A DNA stretch of 64,000 nucleotides, from positions 1,056,001 to 1,120,000 of the forward strand of contig OZ219917.1 of assembly GCA_964291415.2 (NCBI GenBank), in the 5' to 3' direction. A program made the position numbers and the translations under genes. The notes under the pieces are model-generated. The model was not told the DNA's origin. It ran no database searches and saw only the letters and a program-made list of their open reading frames with translations. Of this stretch, positions 9,603 to 17,145 are shown in pieces (the first letter of the stretch is position 1; the number at the start of each line of letters is the position of its first letter). Source of the stretch: Alphaproteobacteria bacterium (GTDB taxonomy: Bacteria; Pseudomonadota; Alphaproteobacteria; SP197).

Positions 9603-10726
9603 GATCCGGCGTCGCGAAGCGCCGCATCGTCGCTGGCGAGACACTTCGAGCGAACATCCTGAATGATCCGGCCGGCCGCTGTCGCTGTCCAGAACCAGTT
9701 GGTCACGGCTCCGGTATCCGTGGCGCCGGTGTGCCCTGCGGCAGACTCCATGTAGTAGGTCTTCAGGTCTTCCGAAGCGAGGCGGAGCTGGTCGATTTCG
9801 GCGCCCTCAGCCATGGTGTCGCCATTGAGCCAGGCGGTGAGCAGCCGGGCGGCACCGGGGGCGTCCATGCCCGATCCACCCAGTGTGGTGCGGCCGCGCC
9901 GTGCGACGCTTGTTTCGTACCACGCGCGCAGGCCGTCAACTTCCTCGATGAGCGGGCCGTCGCGGTTGACGACAAGGCGGTCGAGAACATCCCGGTCCTC
10001 CCCCTCAGGCGGCGCCTCGTCGGTGAAGTCCTCCAGCACGGGTCCGGCGGGCCTGGCGAAGAGATCGAAGAGAGCCATGAGGACGCGCCGCTGGAACGAC
10101 GCATTGCCTGCAGCACCGAAGGGCCTGCCCAGCGGAAACGGCACCCAGAGGGAGCGTGGCGGCCTCACCTCTTCGGCCTGGCGTCGCACCAGTGCGATGA
10201 GTGCCGTCGCCAGTCCCTCGTCCTCCATGAACTTTGCCAGTCCGCTCACGGCGCACGTGCAAAGGGGTCATACGGGGGCGAGGATGACCGTGTTGACTCC
10301 CTCCGCCTTCATCCTGCCGGCAAGGTGGCGCGCCGAACTTTCCATGGCGAGGGGATCGGTCGCTCCCATGAACGAGTAATGGGTCTTCGCCACCGATCCA
10401 ATCGCGCCTTCATCGGCGATCTCCAGGAGCCTTTGCAACGGGAAGACGACATTGATGTCTTCCTGAAAGCCGGTCCGGTCGTGTGAGACCGAAACATGGT
10501 CCTGAACGACATCTGCCGCGCCCTCGACAGGAATACTCCGGTAGTCCGCCGAGCCTTCGCTGAACGCCTGGTCGCCGCGCAGCCGCAGTCCGGCCGAGGA
10601 TACGAGCGACACCCGTCGCATGGATGGTGGCGCCGGCTCCGTCCATGGTGAGCCTGGCACATCGGGACTGGTGAACTCAGTCAGAAACTCCGCCATGTCC
10701 GGGTTGAGGTCAGTTATGCGTACCAA
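9569..10726 (-). CDS. GrdB/PrdB-family (glycine/sarcosine/betaine/D-proline reductase selenoprotein B-like) selenoprotein, Sec at UGA 10268-10270, 385 aa
   Basis: Track ORFs 10268..10726 and 9569..10249 are in the same frame: VILAPV-TGA-PLCTCAVSGLA gives UxxC. Family motifs D.NVVFPL.RL, HYSFMG and RPPR...PFPLG.P lie on both sides of the stop. TTG start with GAGGAGG RBS; selC and selD are adjacent. Confidence 0.88.
10232..10264 (-). promoter_or_regulatory. Candidate bacterial SECIS hairpin just downstream of the Sec UGA
   Basis: mRNA after UGA: CCC CUUUGC ACGUGCG CC GUGAGC GG ACUG GCAAAG. Outer stem CUUUGC/GCAAAG; apical loop starting GU about 18 nt from the UGA. Confidence 0.6.
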
Positions 10727-10737
10727 GGCGCGCCTCC

Positions 10738-12189
10738 TCAGGGTCGGTCAACATCGTCAACGGTATCCAGCATCATCGGAGCAAGAGCATCGACCGTGCG
10801 TCCCGCCCAGTCAATCTGTGGCACCGCGGCCATCATCGCCTTCTGTCCTGCTTCCAGGCGATCCAGTTCGGCCGCAAGGTCGACTGTCACGATCTTTCCA
10901 TCGGCCACCACACGTTCTCCGTCCACCCAGACATCCCTGACCGCACGTTCGGCGGCGACGACGATGAGCGTACGCAAGGGTTCGCGGACCGGCCGCATCG
11001 ACGGGTGGGCGAGATCGATCGCCACCAGGTCCGCCTTGGCCCCGACGCTGATCCTCCCCAGGTCATCGCGCCCGAGGGCTGCGGCGCCGCCGACCGTGGC
11101 GGCATGAAAGATGTCGCTGTAGTCGAGATCGGCGACGCTGCCGGCCACGTGGCGGGCAGCGGCGGCGGCCGTGCGCATCTCGTCCAGCATGTTGTGCGGA
11201 TAGGTGTCCGTACCCATCCCCAGGGCCACCCCGTGCCGCAAGTAGCCGCCGATGGTGTTGAGAGCGATGCCGCGGCGCGAAAACACGGTCGGACAGTGGG
11301 CCACGGCGGCGCCGCTGTCGCGCATCAGATCGAGATCCCGGCGTGTGGTCCAGTGCAGCCACGGGTGATGGTCGAGGAAGATGCAATGGGCGATCGTGCT
11401 TCGTTCATCGAGCACCCCGATGTCGTGCATCCACTGGATCGGCGATGCGCCGTGGCGCCGTTGCATCTCGTGGAATTCGGTGACGGATTGCGCGGCGTGT
11501 ATTGTCCACGGGAGGTTGCGTTCCCTGGCGGCAGCGTGGCTGTCGCGCAGGGTTTCCTCGGTACAGGTGTCGACCTGGGAGGGGGCAACCATGCCCGAAA
11601 GCCGGCCCGAGGGATGCTGGCGCGCCAGCTCGATGACGGTCAGCGCCCGTTCCAGGCCCCGGGCGCCGGCACCGGGTGTCCAGTCGTAGTCAAGGCTGTG
11701 TCCGTCCGCCGTCGACCAGCGCGCATCGCGGAACATCGGGGCGGCGACTCCGCGGATGCCGCTCGCCGCAAGGGCGTCGAGCCAGCCGTCGTAGGGCATG
11801 GAGAGATCGACCGCCGTGGTGACACCCGACAGCAGCAATTCGGCGAGCGCCACCTTGAGACAGGCTTCACGCCCTTCTTCGTCCGTGGGATTGAAGACCG
11901 GCAGGTGTTCGTAGAGCGAGCTGTGCCAGAAGCCCGGGGAATGTGTCTCGTCGGTGATTCCCTTGCGCATCGCCTCGCTCTGGGCATGGGTGTGGATGTT
12001 GACGAGGCCGGGCATGACGAGGAGTCCCGAGCCGTCGATGCGTCGCCCTGCCGGAGCGTCCCGGCCCTTGCCCACATGGGTGATGCTGCCGTTCGCGAAG
12101 GCAAGGTCGGCATGCCGCAAATAGACATGCTTCGTCCCGTCCCAGGCCACGAGCCAGGCAATATCGTGGATGAGAGTTGTGTCATTCAT
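10738..12189 (-). CDS. Metal-dependent amidohydrolase (chlorohydrolase/deaminase family)
   Basis: MPGLVNIHTH, IHAAQS, IAHC, GMGTD, G.KADLV; its stop overlaps the RBS of the selenoprotein gene. Confidence 0.88.
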   Translation of the reverse strand: MNDTTLIHDIAWLVAWDGTKHVYLRHADLAFANGSITHVGKGRDAPAGRRIDGSGLLVMPGLVNIHTHAQSEAMRKGITDETHSPGFWHSSLYEHLPVFNPTDEEGREACLKVALAELLLSGVTTAVDLSMPYDGWLDALAASGIRGVAAPMFRDARWSTADGHSLDYDWTPGAGARGLERALTVIELARQHPSGRLSGMVAPSQVDTCTEETLRDSHAAARERNLPWTIHAAQSVTEFHEMQRRHGASPIQWMHDIGVLDERSTIAHCIFLDHHPWLHWTTRRDLDLMRDSGAAVAHCPTVFSRRGIALNTIGGYLRHGVALGMGTDTYPHNMLDEMRTAAAAARHVAGSVADLDYSDIFHAATVGGAAALGRDDLGRISVGAKADLVAIDLAHPSMRPVREPLRTLIVVAAERAVRDVWVDGERVVADGKIVTVDLAAELDRLEAGQKAMMAAVPQIDWAGRTVDALAPMMLDTVDDVDRP

Positions 12190-12241
12190 GGTTCTGAGCC
12201 GCCATCATAGAATAACCGTGACACGGGAACACCCGGCAGGC

Positions 12242-13300
12242 ATGCGCACACTTCACGAAGACGACATCACGCCGCTGGCCACCGGCGCCTGGATCCTGGG
12301 TTCCGGCGGTGGAGGCAGTCCCTATGACGGTTGGCTCAATCTCACTGCACTCTACCGTGATGGTGTCGCCATCGATCTCGTCGATCCCGGAGAGCTCGGC
12401 GATGACGATCTCGTTGCCGTGGTCTCGACCATGGGAGCGCCGCTGGCCGGCCAGGAGCGTCTCGCCGACCCCGAGCTCTCGGCGGCGCCCGTGCGAGCGC
12501 TCGAGGACTGGCTGGGACGCCGCTTCCAGGCGGTCATGGCCGTCGAGATCGGCGGCGGCAACGGGATCGAGCCTTTTCTGGTCGGCGCCACCCTGGACCT
12601 GCCGGTGGTCGACGCCGACGCCATGGGCCGGGCCTTCCCGGAAGCCCAGATGACCAGCTTCGCCATTCACGATCTTGCCATGTTTCCCCTGGCGCTGGGC
12701 GATGTGCGTGACAACACCGTCATCGTCGCCCGTGCGGCAAGCTGGCAGTGGATGGAACGACTGTCACGGGCCGTCACCACGGCGCTTGGCTCGACCGCGC
12801 CGACCGCCAAGGCGCCGCGCAGCGGCCGCGAGGTCAAGGCTTTCGCCATTCACGGTTCCGTGAGCCGGGCGATCAGGATCGGCCGCGCCGTTCACAATGC
12901 GCAGGAACAACTCGCCGACCCCGTGGCGGCCGTGATCGACAGCGAGGGTGGGCGGTTGCTCTTCACTGGCAAGGTGAACGATGTCAGGCGACGCACCAGC
13001 GAGGGGTTCTTGAGGGGCCGCGCCGTGCTGGAAGGAACGGGAGCTTTCGAGGTCGACTTTCAGAACGAGTACCTGACCGGCCGTCACGACGGTGTGCCGG
13101 TGGTGATGACGCCCGACATCATCTGTCTCATGGATGTCGAATCGGGTGAGGCCGTGGGCACCGAGACCCTGCGCTATGGTCAGAGAATCGCCGTCGTTGC
13201 CCTTCCCGTTCCGGCCATCCTGACCACGCGGCGCGGGCTTGAACTCGTCGGCCCCCGCGCCTTCGGCTATGACTTCGACTACAGGAGTGCCTTCGCCTGA
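12242..13300 (+). CDS. DUF917 family protein (S-methyl thiohydantoin desulfurase-like), copy 1
   Basis: LGSGGGGSP, MGAP, EIGGGN, DADAMGRAFPE, FQNE, PDII, TETLRYGQ, VGPRAFGY. Confidence 0.85.
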   Translation: MRTLHEDDITPLATGAWILGSGGGGSPYDGWLNLTALYRDGVAIDLVDPGELGDDDLVAVVSTMGAPLAGQERLADPELSAAPVRALEDWLGRRFQAVMAVEIGGGNGIEPFLVGATLDLPVVDADAMGRAFPEAQMTSFAIHDLAMFPLALGDVRDNTVIVARAASWQWMERLSRAVTTALGSTAPTAKAPRSGREVKAFAIHGSVSRAIRIGRAVHNAQEQLADPVAAVIDSEGGRLLFTGKVNDVRRRTSEGFLRGRAVLEGTGAFEVDFQNEYLTGRHDGVPVVMTPDIICLMDVESGEAVGTETLRYGQRIAVVALPVPAILTTRRGLELVGPRAFGYDFDYRSAFA

Positions 13301-13355
13301 TGCCCGCCCTTCACCCCAACAGAACCTCCCGGGCGGCCGTAGCGGGTAGATGGCG

Positions 13356-13440
13356 GGTCGGCATGCCGGAGAATGAAATGCTTCGTCCCGTCCCTGGCAA
13401 CGGGCCGGTCAACATCGTTGATGACCGTTGAGTCATTGTT
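13356..13440 (-). pseudogene. Decayed copy of the first ~28 codons of the amidohydrolase gene
   Basis: Reads NNDSTVINDVDRPVARDGTKHFILRHAD versus MNDTTLIHDIAWLVAWDGTKHVYLRHAD; start codon mutated. Confidence 0.85.
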
Positions 13441-13491
13441 GGTTCAGGCCGCCATCTTGGAGCAACCGCGACAAGGGAACACCCGGCAGAG

Positions 13492-14550
13492 ATGCGCACA
13501 CTTCATGAAGACGACATTACGCCGCTGGCTACCGGCGCCTGGATCCTGGGCTCCGGTGGTGGAGGCAGTCCCTATGACGGCTGGCTCAATCTCCAGGCGC
13601 TCTATCGTGACGGTGTCACCATCAATCTCGTCGATCCCGGAGAGCTCGGCGACGACGATCTCGTTGCCGTGGTCGCGACCATGGGAGCGCCGCTTGCCGG
13701 CCAGGAGCGTCTCGCCGACCCCGAACTCTCGGCGGTGCCGGTGCGGTCGCTCGAGGACTGGCTGGGACGCCGCTTCCAGGCGGTCATGGCCGTCGAGATC
13801 GGCGGCGGCAACGGAATCGAACCCTTTCTGGTCGGCGCTGCCCTGGACCTGCCGGTGGTCGATGCCGACACCATGGGCCGCGCGTTTCCGGAAGCCCAGA
13901 TGACGAGCTTCGCCATCCACGATCTTGCCGTGTTTCCCATGGCGCTGGGCGACGTGCGTGACAACACCGTCATCGTCGCCCGTGCGGCGAGCTGGCAGTG
14001 GATGGAGCGACTGTCACGTGTGGTCACCACGGCGCTGGGTTCGACCGCGCCGACAGCCGAGGCGCCGCGCAGTGGCAGCGAGGTGAAGGCCTTTGCCATT
14101 CACGGTTCCGTGAGCCGGGCGATCAGGATCGGCCGCGCAGTTCATAATGCGCAGGAACAACTCGCCGATCCCGTGGCGGCCGTGATCGACAGCGAGGGGG
14201 GACGGTGGCTCTTCACCGGCAAGGTGAACGACGTCAGGCGGCGCACCAGCGAGGGGTTCCTGAGAGGCCGCGCCGTGCTGGAGGGAGCGGGCACCTTCGA
14301 GGTCGACTTCCAGAACGAGTACCTGATTGGCCGTCACGACGGTGTGCCGGTGGTGATGACGCCCGACATCATCTGTCTCATGGATGTCGAATCGGGTGAG
14401 GCCGTAGGCACCGAGACCCTGCGCTATGGTCAGAGAATCGCCGTCGTCGCCCTTCCCGTTCCGGCCATCCTGACCACGCGGCGCGGACTTGAACTCGTCG
14501 GCCCCCGCGCCTTCGGCTACGACTTCGACTACAGAAGTGCCTTTGCGTGA
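13492..14550 (+). CDS. DUF917 family protein, copy 2
   Basis: 352 aa with the same motifs as copy 1 and scattered substitutions (e.g. DADTMGR, TAEAPR). Confidence 0.85.
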   Translation: MRTLHEDDITPLATGAWILGSGGGGSPYDGWLNLQALYRDGVTINLVDPGELGDDDLVAVVATMGAPLAGQERLADPELSAVPVRSLEDWLGRRFQAVMAVEIGGGNGIEPFLVGAALDLPVVDADTMGRAFPEAQMTSFAIHDLAVFPMALGDVRDNTVIVARAASWQWMERLSRVVTTALGSTAPTAEAPRSGSEVKAFAIHGSVSRAIRIGRAVHNAQEQLADPVAAVIDSEGGRWLFTGKVNDVRRRTSEGFLRGRAVLEGAGTFEVDFQNEYLIGRHDGVPVVMTPDIICLMDVESGEAVGTETLRYGQRIAVVALPVPAILTTRRGLELVGPRAFGYDFDYRSAFA

Positions 14551-14709
14551 CCCCAACAGCACCTCCCGGTCGGCCGCGACGGGTTGATGGCGGGTTGGTA
14601 CCGTAGGGTGACACTCAGCCACCAGCCGCGGCCGTTTCGTGCAGCCTGAGCGAGTCTGCCAAGTGAAGGAGTCGGGGCGTCGCGCGTCCGCGATGCACCG
14701 GGGCCGGGT

Positions 14710-15747
14710 TCAGTTCGTCTCGACCTTGCCGCCGGCCTCGCGCCAGGCGGCGATGCCGCCGATCATGTGGCAGACATTGCCGACGCCACTCTGGCGCGAG
14801 CTCTCCACCGCCATCGCCGAGCGCTCGCCGAAAGCGCAGTAGTAGACCAGCCGGTGGCCGGGACGGCCGGCGAGCGCGCGCAGCGCTCCGCCAGGCTCGA
14901 TCATCTCCGCGAGACGATCGTAGGGCGCATGCACCGAGCCGGGGATGGTGCCCTCGCGGGCCCGCTCGCCGGCCTCGCGCAGGTCGACGAGGATGTCGTC
15001 GGGCCGGTGGCCGTGCATCACTTCGCGTGCGCTCATCGCGCACTCAGGATGTGCCTCGTCCTCCTGGCCGCGGCCAACGCTCAGGTTCGCGGGCACGGCC
15101 ACGTCCATCATCTTGGGGTCGGCGAGATTCAGGCCGTCCATCAGCACCGCGTACTCTGCGGGCGAGGCGACCTGGAGGCGGGGATTGAAGCGCCTTTCCT
15201 CGCCGATGGTGCTCACCGTGTCGCCCTTGTAGTCGTGGCCGGGGTAGACCAGGGTCTCGTCGGGCAGGGTCAGCAACTTTCCGAAGAGCGAGTCGTACTG
15301 CTGCAGCGCGTCGCCGTTCTGGAAGTCGGTGCGGCCTGTGCCCCGGATCAGCAACGTGTCGCCGGTGAAGACGCGGTCCTCCATCACAAAGCTGTAGGAC
15401 TCCGCGGTGTGCCCCGGCGTGTAGAGCGCGCTCAGGCTCACGCCCTCGATCTCGATCAGGTCGCCGTCGCCGACGCGCATCGAGACCACGTCCACCGGCG
15501 CCTCCCGGCCCATCACGGTGACGCAGCGGGTGCGGTCGCGCAGTTCCGCCATGCCGCTGATGTGGTCGGCGTGGACATGGGTATCGAGCACCTTGGCAAG
15601 CGTGAGGTCGAGTTCGTCCAGCAGCGCGAGGTAGCGCTCCACCCGCTCCTCGACCGGGTCGATGATGAGCGCCTCGCCGCCGGCGCGTCCGCCCAGCAGA
15701 TAGGTGTAGGTGCCCGAATCCTGATGGTAGAGCTGGCGAAAGATCAT
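14710..15747 (-). CDS. Persulfide dioxygenase (ETHE1-like MBL fold) fused to rhodanese
   Basis: MIFRQLY..SGTYTY, DTHVHADH, TPGHT, GTGRTDFQ.G, YPGHDY; C-terminal VDLRE...GTIPG...YCAFGERS. Confidence 0.9.
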   Translation of the reverse strand: MIFRQLYHQDSGTYTYLLGGRAGGEALIIDPVEERVERYLALLDELDLTLAKVLDTHVHADHISGMAELRDRTRCVTVMGREAPVDVVSMRVGDGDLIEIEGVSLSALYTPGHTAESYSFVMEDRVFTGDTLLIRGTGRTDFQNGDALQQYDSLFGKLLTLPDETLVYPGHDYKGDTVSTIGEERRFNPRLQVASPAEYAVLMDGLNLADPKMMDVAVPANLSVGRGQEDEAHPECAMSAREVMHGHRPDDILVDLREAGERAREGTIPGSVHAPYDRLAEMIEPGGALRALAGRPGHRLVYYCAFGERSAMAVESSRQSGVGNVCHMIGGIAAWREAGGKVETN

Positions 15748-15948
15748 CGTCGGTCTCCGCCCTCTTGGTTTTCCGGACGCCATTGTAGAGCCTTGCGGCC
15801 GCGTCCGGCCAGCGTCATCCGGAGTTTCATCGCGCTGTTCCGGTCTCGCTGGTCCTTCGGCTACGATGGCGTTGGCAGGGGCCACCTGGCCTCCATCGCA
15901 ACGGCGCCCCGCGGGCGGTCGGAGCCCGTGGGTTGCGGGGGGCGGAAC

Positions 15949-17055
15949 ATGAAGATCAGGCGCATCAGCGTCTACCGGATCGATCTGCCACTGAAGGAAT
16001 CGTACGGCCTCTCGGGCGGGCGACTTGTGACCGAACGCCTTGACAGCACGTTTGTCAGAATTGACACCGACTGCGGTCTCGAAGGGTGGGGCGAGGGGTG
16101 TCCCTGGGGCCATACATACCTTCCGGCCCACGGCCAGGGGCTGAGGGCCTCGCTCGAGGTGCTGGCACCCTCTCTGCTGGGACGGGACCCGCGCGCTGTC
16201 GAAACCGTCAACCGGGCGATGGACGCCTGTCTCCCCGGTCACCTCTACGCCAAGTCGCCCATCGACATGGCCTGCTGGGATCTTGTAGGCAAGGCGACGG
16301 GTGAGCCGCTGTGGCGACTCTTCGGCGCAGAGGAGCCCGCTGCGGTCGAGATCAACTCATCGATTCCCACCGGCACGCCAGCGGCCATGGTGGCGGGAAT
16401 CGAACGGGCCCGCAGGGAAGGATACCGTACCCACTCGGCCAAGCTGGGCGGACATGATGCGGCAGCCGACATCGAGCGGATCGAAGCCATCGAAGATGCC
16501 CGGGTGGCAGGGGAACAGATCACCTGGGACATCAACCGGGCGTGGACGCCTGCGATTGCTTTCGAGGTGCTGAACACCGTCCCGTCCATGGCATGGGTGG
16601 AGCAGCCCTGCGAGACCCTCGAGGAGTGCGCCATGGTGGCACGCAAGGTCCGCCAGCCGGTGTTGCTGGACGAATGCCTGCATGACGTCAGGGATCATCT
16701 CCTGGCCTGGCGTGCCGGCGCCTTCGCCGGCATCAAGGTCAAGCCCAACCGCCTCGGCGGCCTGACGCGGGCGCGGCGCATCCGCGATCTCGCCATGGAC
16801 GTTGGCTGGAGGATGCACATCGAGGATGTTGGCGGCAGCGCGCTCGCCGACACCGCTGCGGTTCACCTCGCCGCCTCCACGCCACAGCCGTACCGCATGG
16901 CCAGCTGGCCGGCCCATGCCCACCTGGCTCGTGATCCCGTGCCCGGCCAGGGGGTACGCAATCGCGGCGGGTTCCTGGCGCCCACGGGGTGTCCCGGAAC
17001 CGGAGTGGTTCCCGATGAGGAGCACACGGGACCGCCGGTCGCTGTCTACGGTTGA
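15949..17055 (+). CDS. Mandelate racemase/enolase superfamily enzyme (HpbD proline-betaine epimerase / cis-3-hydroxyproline dehydratase-like)
   Basis: LSGGRL, GWGEGCPWGHTYLPAH, AKSPIDMACWD, HSAK, WDINR, EQPC, LDE, IED. Confidence 0.82.
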   Translation: MKIRRISVYRIDLPLKESYGLSGGRLVTERLDSTFVRIDTDCGLEGWGEGCPWGHTYLPAHGQGLRASLEVLAPSLLGRDPRAVETVNRAMDACLPGHLYAKSPIDMACWDLVGKATGEPLWRLFGAEEPAAVEINSSIPTGTPAAMVAGIERARREGYRTHSAKLGGHDAAADIERIEAIEDARVAGEQITWDINRAWTPAIAFEVLNTVPSMAWVEQPCETLEECAMVARKVRQPVLLDECLHDVRDHLLAWRAGAFAGIKVKPNRLGGLTRARRIRDLAMDVGWRMHIEDVGGSALADTAAVHLAASTPQPYRMASWPAHAHLARDPVPGQGVRNRGGFLAPTGCPGTGVVPDEEHTGPPVAVYG

Positions 17056-17099
17056 GGTCTGAATCAGCGGCACCGAACCGCAGGCCGCCGTTGCACCGC

Positions 17100-17127
17100 T
17101 TGACGGGTAGTCGCTGGGGCACACAAT
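17100..17127 (+). promoter_or_regulatory. Putative sigma70 promoter of the RiPP maturase operon
   Basis: TTGACG-N16-CACAAT just upstream of 17146. Confidence 0.45.
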
Positions 17128-17145
17128 GACGGGGTACTCCTTCGA

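Larger units (their letters stand above)
12105..14598 (+). repeat. Tandem duplication of about 1.25 kb (12105-13355 and 13356-14598)
   Basis: Near-identical DUF917 genes; the upstream region and the downstream CCCCAACAG.ACCTCCCGG.CGGCCG motif are also repeated. Confidence 0.9.

Noticed and set aside
14767-15948. Long N-terminal extensions in the ORF track (762-aa enolase-family, 510-aa MBL, 614-aa Ada, 799-aa flavoenzyme) suggesting fusions
   Set aside because: The extensions are antisense or alternative-frame overlaps of neighbouring genes in GC-rich DNA; true starts lie downstream.
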